A DNA stretch of 64,000 nt from Squalus acanthias (taxonomy: Eukaryota). Below the pieces are notes generated by a model that searched no databases, was not told the DNA's origin, and worked only from the letters and a program-made list of their open reading frames with translations. Shown in pieces: positions 27,321-40,061 of this stretch. Each line of letters starts with the position of its first letter. Within the stretch, counting starts at the first letter, position 1. The stretch covers positions 22,258,001 to 22,322,000 of the forward strand of contig CM059448.1 of the NCBI GenBank assembly GCA_030390025.1, read 5' to 3'. The translations under genes and the position numbers were made by a program.

Positions 27321-27584
27321 TGCTGCCTGTGGAATGTTGGGAGGAAAATGTCCACTGTTTGTTATTTATAGTGAAATTGTAAATGCAAATGTAAGAAACA
27401 CGATTACAGTTTTACTACAAATATATAACCGAGGAATTCTTCCCTCTATATATTCCAGCTTGAGTCACTACGTTCAAGGGAGGAGGGATGAAGGGAGGGC
27501 ATTGAAGAAAAAAAAATCTTAATCAGTGCACATTCTCCTGGCCTGGTATAATTCATCTTACATTAACTCCCATGTAACATAAAC

Positions 27585-28250
27585 AACACCATCTTGCATT
27601 TATATAGTGCCTTTAGTGTAGAAGAAAACATCCCAAGGCACTTAGCAGAAAAGAAAATGAGTGCCAAGCCAAACAATGAGGTATCAGGTAGGGTTGCCAA
27701 ATCTGGTTGGACATATTCCTGGAGGTTTCATCACATGACCTCCCGTCAAACAGCCTTTTTCCCCCATCTCCAATATTTTCCTAACTAATAAACCAAAGTG
27801 TTCAAAGAAAACATACTTTTTTTAGTGCCCCTGTGATTTTTCTCCTGTGTTGCTCACAGCAGTGTCCAGAAGATTAATATTTGATTCCTGTAGACTGCTG
27901 GATACTCCTGGAGGGTTGGTAACCCTAGTATCAGGAGGGATGACCAAATGTTTGATCGAAGAAGTGGGTTTCAAAGAGGGTCGTGAAGAGGCAGAGGCAT
28001 TTAGTGAGGGAATTCCAGTGTGTGGGGGCTAGGCAACTGAAGACATGGCTGCCAATGGTGGGGTAAAGATGGGGCGGGGGGGATGCACAAAAAGGCCACA
28101 GTCAGAGGAATGGAGAGCTTTTGGGGGGGGTAGCGGGGTGTTGGGCTAGGGAAGGTTACAGAGATGGGGAGGGATGACATCGTGACGAGATTTAAACACA
28201 GCGATGAGAATTTTACATTTATGGGTTGAGGAGCCAATGTAGGTTTCTTG
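27585..28250 (-). mobile_element. L2 LINE 3' fragment, interrupted by a hAT MITE
   Basis: aacaac..cttgcatttatatagtgcctt is the reverse of the L2 tail; the match continues after 27935. Confidence 0.8.
27689..27927. mobile_element. hAT-superfamily MITE
   Basis: TIR tagggttgccaa / ttggtaacccta with exact 8-bp TSD GTATCAGG at 27681-27688 and 27928-27935. Confidence 0.92.
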
Positions 28251-29822
28251 TATTGGATAGATAGCAACTTATTGACAGAATTGGTGATTACCCCACCACA
28301 ATATGGATCTAAGTCAGTCATGCCATTCAGAGTACCTTAGCAACCAAATTGGATGGCTGTAGGCAGTGCAACTAATGTCAATTTTTATTTAAAACTGCTC
28401 CTTATTCTGAGTTTCCAAATCTGGCTTTCTGGGATTTATCTTTAAGAATTCAGAGAAAGAAATGTGGAACTTTTTTTAATTAATTATTTATGACCTCTAA
28501 ATATATTTTCTTCTTCAGTTCTAACAACTTATTGTCAGGGGAAATAAGTCATTTTTATTTTAATGCACATGTTATGAAACTTTTTAGAGCCTTTAATTCA
28601 TTCTGATCAGGGGCTCTCAGCAACTTTTGATTGAAGGCCACAATCTCAAATGACTAATTGCTCTGGAGCTGCCATCATAAGTGCGGGACACAAAACAACA
28701 CCATTTGTTTCTTTTTTGAAACAATAACGTATGCACCATGTGTACGTACTGAAAATGCCGACAGAAATCAAAAAGCATCAAATTATGATCTCGGATTTTC
28801 TTCAGCATTGGCCACAGCACACTGAGCTTGATTGATTTATTTTTCTGAACCAGATTAACTTGTTGCCACACTCGAGTTATCTAGTTGTAGATTAAATACT
28901 GCAGGTCTCCTCAATCCTGTGCTATGCATCTTCTCCACCCCAGTCCCAAGAGGAGGGGTTTGGAGATCTTCCTTCAGCTATGGATTTCTGGCAGCAGAGT
29001 GCCATGGCTTTCCAAGTCGCTCTGCATCCTTTTCAGTCTCATTCCCAATCCCAACTAGGAGCATATGAGACTGGAACATTCTGTAACTGCTGGGCATTGA
29101 GTTTTCCATCCTCAAACATCTTCTGATTGGGATCAAAGACCGAAAAGGAAGCTTAGTTTGCATGGAAACCAATGGAGCAACTTACTGATGGGACCCGATA
29201 GCAAAGTTATGGATATGGGAAATTAGGTGTTCCGCTCATTGTCTTGTGCAACAGGAGAAGAAAACACGAGACGAAATAGTTGACACGGTACATGCTCCCT
29301 CCCCCAAAAGTTGTACATACAACAATTTATTATAAATTTCACACTTTATCTCATATCCTTCCCGCTCGTTCAGCCTACGTGAGTGCAGTTTTCACTCTAC
29401 ACTCAGCTTTATGCACTGTTCTCCAAGTATTTAATTTAAAAATTCCCCGGAATTGGCTCATGACTGGTAGAAGCAGCAGCACTGAGGCACAATCATAAGT
29501 GACAAAACATTGGGTGGGGTGGAAAGTGTGCAACTGGACCAAGCTCACAAGTGCTGCAGCTGTCCCGTATGCTGTGTTATGAGCACTCCTGATGTCGACA
29601 GTGAACAGTACTATTGGCAGTCTGTAGATGTACCACAGGATTTTCTAAACATCTAAATGTACTTTAAAATAAAAACAGCAGAAAATGACTAGTAAGAAGA
29701 TTATGTATAAAGTGAATATTATGTGACAGTCAGCTGGGTTACTGGAACAATACGTGCAGGCATAGCAGTAAAACTTTTTAAATAATGGTCTTGAGCGTTG
29801 TTCATTAAAGTACAGTGCATGT

Positions 29823-30533
29823 CGCCTGAGGAAGAGAGTGTTTGAAGACCAGGACCTCAAACCCGGCACTAAGCTCATGGTCTACAGAGCAGCAGTGATG
29901 CCCGCCCTGCTGTATGTCTCAGAGACCTGGACCATGTACAGCAGGCACCTCAAAGCACTGGAGAGGTACCACCAACGCTGCCTCCGCAAGATCCTGCAAA
30001 TCCATTGGCAGGATAGGCGCACCAACGTCAGTGTTCTTGCTCAGGCCAACATCCCCAGCTTCGAAGCTTTGACCACGCTCGATCAGCTCCGGTGGACGGG
30101 CCACATCGTCCGCATGCCTGATACGAGACTCCCAAAACAAGCGCTCTACTCGGAGCTCCGGCACGGCAAGAGAGCCCCAGGTGGGCAGAGGAAACGCTTC
30201 AAGGACACCCTCAAAGCCTCCTTGGAAAAAGTGTAACATCCCCACTGACACCTGGGAATCCCTGGCCCAAGACCGCACAAAGTGGAGGAGAAGCATCCGG
30301 GAAGGCGCCGAACACCTCGAGTCTCTTCGCCGGGAGCAAGCGGAAGCCAAGCGCAGGCAGCGCAAGGAGCGCACGTCAACCCAAGCACCCCACCCACCTG
30401 CCCCTTCAACCACCGTCTGCCCCACCTGTGACAGAGACTGTAGGTCCCGCATTGGACTCATCAGTCACCTGCGAACTCATTTTTAATGTGGAAGCAAGTC
30501 ATCCTCGGTCCCGAGGGACTGCCTAAGAAGACG
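29823..30533 (+). mobile_element. RTE-clade LINE, 5'-truncated, young
   Basis: TKLMVYRAAVMPALLYVSETWT...QLRWTGHIVRMPDTRLPKQALYSEL..GKRAPGGQRKRFKDTLK, one frameshift, then WESLAQDRTKWR...CPTCDRDCRSRIGLISHLRTH. 11-bp TSD ACAGTGCATGT at 29812-29822 and 30534-30544. Confidence 0.93.
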
Positions 30534-31630
30534 ACAGTGCATGTGTTTTGTGTCTTGTAGAAATGGCCGTGTGAGATTGGTAGGTCTTCACCAATGGCAG
30601 CTCAATGTTGGCATGTCTATGTTGATAGTGTAAGGTTCAAATACCTACAGCAACGGCTGCTCGAAGTTGGCGTCTCTATGCCAATGATGGCAAGAGGCTG
30701 GAACACCTACAACTTAGTTACACAAGATTGCAGTGTTTATAGCAGTGACACCATGAGATTCAAGTGCCTACAGTAATAGAAGTGCAGAGTTTACACATCA
30801 GGTTGCCTGTCAGCGTCCGACATGCATGCCTAAACCAGTATATGAATGAAATGCACATTTGTAAAATGTATTTTCCCTGTAGCTTGGTTTAGTGCGACAA
30901 ATGCCTATCTGTTAGTGGTATTGTGTGCTATTGTAAAAAAAAAATGATTCCAATTTAGCAATTTCAAAATTCCAGTTTACATCAGTATTAATGTCTATTA
31001 GATTGATTTCTCAAAATATGCGTAATCTTCATATATGCAGTAATTACTAATAAAAAATTAAATCATAGATTTCATACTGAAAAACTTTAAAGCATTGCTG
31101 CTTATAATTCTAAGTAAATTGGTAATTGCTTTGAAATGGGTAAAATTAATTAATTCACATTTTTAACATCTCATGAGCTTTGAAATGACTGAATATTAGC
31201 ATAGGGATACATAATCTGTGTCTTATGAAATTTCTTTGTCTGCAATTTAAATTGTAGGCATTAATACATTCAGAATAGATAGGTTAGTGCCTCCATTAAA
31301 ATAATGAACAAAGGAATTTCATAGAAACATTTTAAGCAATCATACGTTTACAACCGCACAGTGCAATATAAAGACCGTAGGACTGAGAATAAAGAAATTC
31401 AGCACATATAAGATTTGCACATTCATCTTTTTCTTACTAGTAAATGCCATATCCATAGTCGTGAGTCATATTAGCAGCACTTTCAGCTCATAACTTCAGC
31501 ATAAATAAATAATAAAATGATTTGCAACAGAGTCATCTAACAGACTATCACCTCTTTCAGTATATTTGGAAATGTGTTCAAAATGCTTGGACCAACTAAT
31601 CACAATTGATTAGAATTCATTTAGAATACT

Positions 31631-32260
31631 GGGGTTAAATTTAACTCCTCCCCCCCCCCTTCCCCCAACACAAAAACAACCCCCTCCCCATCTGGTGGAA
31701 ACCAGGCAGGGGGCAGTTAAAATTGAATGGAAGACTTACCATTTCCTTTTCCCGCCCCAATCTGGGCAACTGCAATTTTAAAATGCAGGTAGCAAGGACA
31801 CTCGTCCCAAGCCGGCGGGGTCATGCTTAAATATGCAGATCGGGATCCAATGATATCATCGGGGCCCGATCTGCCATTTTAACCTGAGGCCTGAGCGAGG
31901 AGAAGTAATGGCTTCTCCGCAGGGCCAAAGCTGCCGGGAACAGGAGCCAGGGCCAGAAGAGGGCCCAGCGAGGTATGTTTTTTCATTTTTGTTTTAGTAT
32001 CCTTGTGGAGTTCTCCTCTGGGCCCCACAAAGAAACCTTGGGCCTCCCTGCCCTGGGCTTTCCACCCTCCCCCGACCGGGATTCCCCTCCTGGAGCACTT
32101 GCCGGGGGCCGTTGCCCTAGTTCCCAGGTGGTGGCTTCCTGCCGCCCGATTTTAACACTTCCTACTGACATCCCGACCGTTTTGGCAGGAAGTTGGAACG
32201 GAGCATGTTAATGAGGCCCAGCTGTTAAAATCGGCGGAGCCTCCCTGCTGCTGCAGGGAA
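31631..32260. mobile_element. GC-rich MITE-like element related to 16900-17694, right end lost
   Basis: Left end ggggttaaatttaac; shares the atatgcagatcggg..tgatatcatcggggcccgat and taatgaggccc blocks. Confidence 0.6.
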
Positions 32261-33091
32261 TCAGATTTCTAATATTCCATAATATTCCACGGTACTGGAT
32301 TGGAATGTTCTGGCATTCCTGAAAATGCTGGAGTATTTGTGGCAGCAGTTAGGAAATTGAGCTGAAAAGGCCTGTCAAATATATTGAATTTAAAAGCTCC
32401 TTGATGCCTATAGACATTGATTTAATGTCCACAATACACTACTTGTAACTGAGTTAGTGAAAATCTGTCTTCACTGAGCTCTTAAATATGCTGCTATTTT
32501 AATGTACTGATCCAGGTTTCCAGTCTGCCAATATTATTTATTGGTTAATATATGATGATATGTAAAATAGTGCATCAATTCATTTTGTTAAACGTGTACA
32601 GACTGTTCTGTCTTGCTTCACTATTTATTAAAATGGCAACACACAAAGACTTTCAGGAGCTCAGTTTTGTGTGAACCTAGAAAGTAATAGCCATAAATCT
32701 GAGGCATCTGTTTTCCACTTTTTTTAATGTTGTGTATCATCTAGTGGCTGTAAGTTATTATGACTAACAGATACAGATGGGACCAATGAATGAGATTGTA
32801 AGCTTTTTATCTTATTTTGGATAGGTTGGATTGAGCTCATTTAGATTTGGTACTTCAAGAATATTTTTGGTTGGAAGCGATGACAATCCAGAACATCATG
32901 CAAACTTCTCATTATAGACCAAGTCGCTCTTATAATAGAATTTTTAGTCAAGCGATTCTAAATATTGAACTGATACTAATAGATCCATAATGTTTGAGTC
33001 ATAATAAAGCGTAAGCCAAGTAATTTCTTTCCTGCTGTTAAACCTGTTTAGTAGAGTTTAACACATTGTCCAATATATATATAAAATGACA

Positions 33092-33715
33092 ACATAGGAA
33101 GAAGAGAAGGCCATTCAGCCCCTCAAGCCAGCTCTGCTATTCAAGTAGATTATGGCTGATCTGTACCTCAACTCCATTTACGCGCCTTAGCTCCATATCC
33201 CTTGATGCCCTTCCCGTACAAAAATCTATTGATCTCAGTCTTGATAGCTCCAATTGTCCTAGCATTCATAGACTTTTGTGGGGGTAGGGCGGGGGGTGGG
33301 GGGGTGGCGGCGGGGAATAATTCCAGATTTCTGCTACACTTTCTATTGAAAAATTGCTTCCTAATTTCTCTCCTAAATGGCCTGGCTTTAATTTTAAGAT
33401 TATGTCCCCTCTTTCTTGGTTCCCCCACCAGGGGAAATAGTTTCTTTGTATCTACCCTATCGAATCCTTTTGACCACCACTCAATCTTCTATACCCAAAA
33501 GAATACAAGCCAAAATTATGAAACCTGTCCTCATAATTTAACCCTTTTAGCCAGCTGGTGAAGCTGCACTGCACCCCCTCCAAGGCCAATATATCCTTCC
33601 TGAGGTGCCAGTGCCCAGAATTGAATGCAGTACTCCAGATAGGGTCTAACCAAGGCTCTATACATCTGAAGCGTAACTTCTTCCCCTTTGTAATCCAGCT
33701 CCCTTGAGATAAAGA
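33092..33715 (-). mobile_element. CR1 LINE 3' fragment
   Basis: MYRALVRPYLEYCIQFWA and RGHNLKIKARPFRREIRKQFF on the minus strand. Confidence 0.88.
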
Positions 33716-33759
33716 TAGCGCACAACAGCAGATGTTGTATGACATACAAATTTAACAGT

Positions 33760-34570
33760 TTTTTGAAGAAGTGGCCGATTGGATTGAGGAAGGGAATGCA
33801 GTAGATGTAGTGCATATGGATTTTCGAAAGGCATTTGATCAAGTGTTTCGCAAGAGGCTTGTTTAAAAAAAAAAAATTGGGTGTTCAGTATAAGAAGAAA
33901 TGCAACAGCATGGATAGCAAGTTGGTTAATGGACAGTAGAAATGCAGCTAGATAAAGCTATAAAAAAGGTTGCTAATATTTTGAGTTTTATAAATGGGGC
34001 ATAGAATGCAGGAGAAAAGAAATAGCGATAAGGCCGTGCAAGGCAATGGTTAGGCATTCGATAGAGTACTGTGTGGAGTTTTGGGCACACCATTATAGAA
34101 AGGACATTAAACCCATAGAGAGGTTACAGCATAATTTCACTGGAATGATGCCTGGGATAGGAAACTATAGTTATGAGGAGAGACTTGAGATATTGGATTA
34201 TTTCCATTGGAGCAGAGAAGCCTAAGAGGAGATTTAATAGAGGTTTCTAAAATTATGAAGGATTTTGATAAATTTGAAAGACTATTTCCAATGTTTGGGG
34301 AGTCATGGCAAGAGGTCATCAATGTAAAATTATCCTTAAGAGAGTGGGGAGATAAGATAGCAGACATTTCTTTACACAGAAGGTTATTGGAGCTTGGAAT
34401 GGTTGAGGTGGAGATTATTGAATTTTTGTAAGGGAATTTGAAAAAATATTTGAAGCAGAGGCAGATGCAGCTGTGGGGAGAGAGATGAATACTGGAATTA
34501 GTTTCGGATTGCTCGAGCAAAGAGCGAGCACAGACATGGTGGGCCAAATGGTGGTCTTGTGTTGCAAACA
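33760..34570 (+). mobile_element. Decayed CR1 LINE fragment with internal deletion
   Basis: AVDVVHMDFRKAFDQV (RT motif) and EQRSLRGDLIEVSKIMKDFDK. Confidence 0.82.
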
Positions 34571-35169
34571 TTGTCAGTAAATAACCGCTATCAAGAATGC
34601 CTATATATAGGCACTGACTGAATGAGACACAACCAAAAATGTTAAGCCCTGACTGAACTAGCAGTTAAGCTATAACTGCTGTATATGGGTATGAAGCAGA
34701 GTCTGTTCACCTTAATATAACTGGCACAATAAATGGAGGGTGCTTTTTCATTCGGTAAGAAATGTTCCACTGTTTAAATACCAATTAAGTCATAACAAAT
34801 TAGCCACTGCCTGTACTGTAGGCTTGCAGCAATCTCTTATTGATCTACATGTCATCAACTATCCGTCTTTTTTCTTTGACGTGCACATTAATAGGTGCTG
34901 AGTTTGTTAAGAAATGGGCAATACTGACTCTTCATATTGGTGTGAATTCTAATGCAAAGGATGTCTGTTTACTGGCAGCAGTGAAAGTAGGTGTCAACAC
35001 TGTACACACATATGTGCATTTCTTTCGGCTATATTTCTATCAGAGGAAGACGTAAAAATACTGGGACAGAGCAGGTCAGTGGGATTAGTTTTGGATTACT
35101 GAAGCGAAGAGCTGGCCTGATGAGTGGAATGGCCTCCTTCCATGCTGTAAACTTGTGCCGCCAATGATA

Positions 35170-35527
35170 TACTCACTCCTCCCTATCTCTGTAACCTCCT
35201 CCAGCCCTACAACCCTCAGATCTCTGCGCTCCTCCAATTCTGGCCTCTTGCGCATCTCCGATTTTAATTGCTCCACCATTGGTGGCCGTGCCTTCAACTG
35301 CCTAGGCCCTAAGCTCTGGAGTTCCCTCCCTGAACCTCTCTATCTCTCCCTCTCCTTTAAGACACTCCTTAAAACCTACTTCTTTGACCAAGCTTTTGCT
35401 CACCTGTCCTAATAGCTCCTTATGTGGTTCGGTGTCAAATTTTGTTTGATAACGCTCCTGTGAAGCGCCTTGAGACATTTTACTATGTTAAAGGCGCTAT
35501 ATAAATGCAAGTAGTTGTTGTTGTTGG
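35170..35527 (+). mobile_element. L2 LINE 3' end
   Basis: RSLRSSNSGLL..STIGGRAFNCLGPKLWSSLP..FKTLLKTYFFDQAF; tail ggcgctatataaatgcaagt(agttgttgttgttg). Confidence 0.9.
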
Positions 35528-35858
35528 TTCTTTGGTTAGGGGGAGCTGTTGTTTCCCAACCAAAACTTTTTCTCATCCTAGGATACCAGCTAGCAATTTT
35601 CTTTACTGTTCCTAATGCAGCATCTAAGTGAAAGCACAGTGTAGCAGGCTCAGAAGGCAGTGTGACTGCCATGAATCTTTTCAAAGGCACATGTAAAAAA
35701 ATCCCAGAACCATACAGCTCTAATGTTTGAACACTATGGAGATGCTGAGTGGAGGCAGTGCCAGCAGATTTTCATGGGAAAGAAACTGGAAGTGCTGGGA
35801 ACAAAGCAAATATGGGAAGCAGAGCATTGGAAAAAGTACGTTATAAATACAGATACAT

Positions 35859-36618
35859 AGCCCAGAAATTAGACTTCGATGGTTGCCGCGGGGGTAAGGA
35901 TCCGACGCGATCTTACCTACCGTGCCTGCCTTTATGTTTCGGGCCCACACGAACTTCTGGTCCTGGGCCTCTCCCTGGTGCCGGCGCGCAGTGTGTGCGT
36001 GTCCCAGAGGCGCAGTTGGTTCGATGCGACCTCTGGGATCACGTGGGACATGGAGAGCCAATGGCAGCACACCATCTTTCATTCATAGTTTTGACAGGAG
36101 AACTATCAAAACTATGAATACAAATTGCCCCCAAAAGAACAGCTAAACCTCAAATAAATTTAAAAAAAAACCATCACATTAATAAAATAACTATAGTTAA
36201 ATAAATTAACCACTTTAAACAAAAATTTTTATTTTTGAAAAAATTTAAATTCTTTTTAAAAGTTATAAAAATAAACTTACCTTTCTTTAAAGTCTCTAAA
36301 AAAGATAAACCTGTTGAAAAAAATTTAAAATAATACTTAACTACTTACCTTGTTAAAAGGGGGTCTTACGCCTCCTTTCTTCATGTGTAAAATCTTCAAT
36401 ACTTACCCTCGCGTTGAAACCTGAAAAAAAACCTAAGTGCGCTGCATGCGCACAGCCTGTAGTGCGCACGCGGTTCACTTAGGAGCCGCCCCCTTAGCAA
36501 TATCGGAAGTGCCAGTTTCCCGCGCATGCACAGTGCATGCAGGAAACCGGCACTTCGGGACCGAATACGCGAGAGTACACAGTTCGTACTCTCCCGTATT
36601 CAGCCGAAGTTTTGGGCC
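35859..36618. mobile_element. Hairpin-array TIR element, copy 2 of 3
   Basis: agcccagaaatt ... agttttgggcc; core nearly identical to 46788-47531. Confidence 0.9.
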
Positions 36619-36844
36619 ATTGAGACCAGAGGGATGAGACCAAGTGAGGGAAGAAGAAAGAAGACAAAGCTTCACGGCAAGAGTTAAATTGTGTAAATCT
36701 CTCTTTGAGTGAAGCAGTGAAGCTAAGTCCAGGGCCAAAGGCTACGGAACAGAACTTCAGGCCTGAATCTAAGCCAGAGAATACTGTTGCAGTTTTAATT
36801 TTTATTGATAGATTTGATATTCCAGGTAAATTAAATAGATTACC

Positions 36845-36968
36845 TTTTTTTTCATTCATTCCTGGTATGTGGGCATCGCTGGCAAGGTCAGCATTTATTG
36901 CCCATCCCTAATTGCCCTTGAGAAGGTGGTGGTGAGCCGCCTTCTTGAACCGCTGCAGTCCGTGTGCT
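36845..36968 (-). mobile_element. 3' tail of the LINE family at 21389-22038
   Basis: Reverse complement of 21920-22030. Confidence 0.85.
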
Positions 36969-37120
36969 TACAATGACACTTAAAAGGCTGAGTCAGTCTG
37001 AAATTGTCTTGCATGATGATATTCAACATATAGTGCCAAATCAATGAAAATATTAGGAATATAGCTTACTTCTTGCCTACTACTTAATACCTGGTGCTAT
37101 TTCTCAGGGTCTGATACTTT

Positions 37121-38047
37121 TAAGAACATAAGAAATAGGAGCAGGAGTAGGCCATTTGGCCCCTCGAGCCTGGCTCCGCCATTCAATAAGATCATGGCTG
37201 ATCTGATCTTGGCCTCAACACCACTTTCCCGCCTGCTCCCCATAACCCTCGACTCCCCTGTATTTCAAATATCTGTCTATCTCTGCCTTGAATATATTCA
37301 ATGGGCTGGATTTTGATACTGGGGCGGGTTGGGGTCGTGTCATCCACTTTTCGTGTTATCCACCCGACTGCAATTGGATGTGGGAGATTGATGCAATTTT
37401 CACCTAATTGGGCAGTTGAGTTCCAGCATGTGGGAACCCATGAACCAATTAGTGTTTTCAGTCTGAAAGTCGCCTTTGATGATGTCATCATTGCTGCTGC
37501 ATTGAAGGTCTTCAAAGACTGCCTGGCCTTTGCTGTGAGAGGACCTGCAAAATAAGCAGCAGCCCTAAGTCTGCTCCCAGATATTTTTACACCACCACTC
37601 CCAGATATCTATCCATCCATATATGCATCCCCATAGCCAGCCCGCCCGCTCGCCCGAAATGTGCTCCCGCCAGGTTTCACAATCGTGGTTCAGAACAGGC
37701 GTGCTTCACCTAGAACAAGGGTTAAAATCACAAAGGCCTTTCAAAATGGCATTATACAGCCAATTTAGTGCTTGTTAAGGGCCTTAACAGCCTATCCCGC
37801 CTCTTAAAGGCGGGACGGAGTCGGGACCAGCAGACACGATTTAATGAAAATTGCGTGGAGGCGGACTTGTGCCCGCCTGCCAGTTTTCGCAATTTTAACC
37901 CCCCACACGCCTCCAAACCCGCCTCCACGGGTCAATGAAAATCCAGCCCAATGACTCCGCTTCCACAGCTCTCTGGGGTAGAGAATTCCAAAGATTCACG
38001 ACCCTCTGAGAGAAGAAATTCCTCCTCATCTCCGTCTTGAAATGGGC
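37121..38047 (-). mobile_element. CR1 LINE 3' fragment split by the TIR element at 37303-37949
   Basis: Colinear with 9938-10220 once the insert is removed. Confidence 0.9.
37303..37949. mobile_element. GC-rich non-autonomous DNA transposon (PIF/Harbinger-like) nested in CR1
   Basis: Perfect 12-bp TIR gggctggatttt / aaaatccagccc; TSD AAT at 37300-37302 and 37950-37952. Confidence 0.92.
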
Positions 38048-39239
38048 TTTTAATTTAATGGAACATTAAATTAAGATGAGCTTAATTTCCTGTACTGAAA
38101 AAACTTTGCGAAGGAAAATAAAAGCCCTTTAATGTGAGGGCCAGGTTGAAATTTGGCCGTTGCCAGTTGGTCTGACAAAGAAAGTGATTCTTACTGAATC
38201 ATATTCTCAGTGTTAAACCACTTCTATCCATGGGTTAATCTACTTGGTGCATAGAGTTAAAAAATCAGTTGTACCATCATACAGTGAAATCTAAAGCAGA
38301 AGTGTGTGTGTGAGCGTGTTTGTTTGTTTGAATCACAAAGATGTGTGAAGGATGGATTAAGGATCGTGCTATTGAAAAACAGTCTGTTTAGATTTCACAG
38401 CTAATGGTTATTAAACTGAGTGCTTGTAGTCTGAACACTAGAATATTTTTTATAATTATGTTAGGCAATATTTTGCTGTTGAACAAGTCTTGGAGACCAA
38501 ATGTAGGAGGGCAGTCGTATTGCTTAACAGATTAGTGAAACAGAGAAAAAAAAATTAGTAATAAGGCTGTCCTGGTAAATTTATACACAGACACCAGCAT
38601 CACTGCACTAATCTGTTGTTCAGGCAAATTTCCAATAAACTCGATCTTTAATTTCATATTAGTTATGCCTGTCCATTTTTGGCCTATTGATAAAAGTGCC
38701 CATTACCCTTAATAACCTGAATGTTTGCGTTACTATAATAACCAAATACCTATTAACTGCTACAAGTGTTCTAAAATGAAACAGTATCATTTTAAATATA
38801 AAATTCATTTTTTTGCAGAGGGAGGGGAAATACCCATATATTCCATTGAGAATGGGTACACTAGCACAGCATTTGGAAAAAGTGTGTATGACTTTAAATT
38901 TCTTGCCTACACCCTTGTTTTCCGATTTATTGGCAGCACTGAAAGTGACATGCATATTGAGAAATTGATGAAAAGCCTACTGTGTATGTGTGTGTGCATG
39001 CACGCATGTGCATGTGTACTGATATTCTTTTAACATTGATTTTTTTTTCTATAGACCATGAGTCAGTTTCATTTTCTATAATAAATCCATCCAGGGGGGA
39101 TATTGGTTTTGGAAACTCCAATAAAATTATGCTCGGGAAGCTTCAACAGAAAAAAAATATCCTAACAAACCAAGTCAGTGTGTGAGTCTCCCTAGATTAT
39201 CGAAGGACATTAGTGTGTGACTGGTTCAGGACCACAAGT

Positions 39240-39780
39240 TATTGGACACATTCCTATCCTGCCAACCACCAAGGCCCTTAGGGAACATGTAACAGGAAGC
39301 ATATTGAAGGTCGAGAGAGGGTACGTCACAGATTCACTAGGATGCTCCTGGTATGAGAAATATAAAGAAAGACTTTTGCAAAATTGGGCCTTTTTCGTTA
39401 GGATTAAAGTGCAATATGATAGAAATGTTCAGAATTGTGAAAGCATGGGATAGGTTAGATAAAAAGCAGTTGGTTACCAGTAGTTGAGGGGTCTGGAATG
39501 AGGAACCATAGATACATGATTAAATAAAGGAGCTTTAGAACAGAGGGCAGGAGAAACTTCTTCACACACAATTGTGAGGCTATGGAATTCACTTCCAGTG
39601 TTACTGATTGAGGCAGAACCTGTCAACGTTCAAGATTAGTTTGGATAGATGGGAACAAAGGGATATGGGAACAGGTCCGGTACATATGATTAGAACCGTT
39701 TGCTCGCGTGGAGGGTAATTGCCCACACCAACTAATTGGGCCAAATGGCCTATTTTTGTTGCAACTTCTATGTATAACAC
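39240..39780 (+). mobile_element. Decayed CR1 3' fragment
   Basis: ggcaggagaaacttcttcacaca...ggaattcacttcc and ggccaaatggcct 3' UTR motif. Confidence 0.65.
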
Positions 39781-40061
39781 AAACGCATCCTCCTTCTTAA
39801 CTGCTACGGCTCGATTACTTTTCATTCAACCATCTTGCCTCGCATTCAAGTCTACAGTTAGACTGACGAGGAATATATATTTAGAATCATACAGCACAGA
39901 AGGAAGCCATTCGGCCCATTGTGCCTGTGCCAGCTCTCTGAAAGAGCTATCCAATTAGTCCCACTCCCCCCTGCTCTTTCATTGTAGCCCTACAAATCTT
40001 TCCTTTTCATGTATATATCTTTTCCTCCCAACAGGAATCAGAAATAAGCTCCCTACAACTA

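Noticed and set aside
27021-27522. Repetitive Cys/Gly-rich ORFs in several frames; also considered as a CRISPR-like array
   Set aside because: Artefact of a stop-free 22-bp tandem unit. There are no spacers and the context is eukaryotic.
28801-28821. RE1/NRSF-like site ttcagcattggccacagcaca in a neuronal gene intron
   Set aside because: Too many mismatches in the core positions of TTCAGCACCNNGGACAG.
33092-34570. Head-to-head CR1 fragments as a single 5'-inverted insertion or strong dsRNA
   Set aside because: Both pieces have their own 3' ends and appear to be different, diverged subfamilies; independent insertions are simpler.
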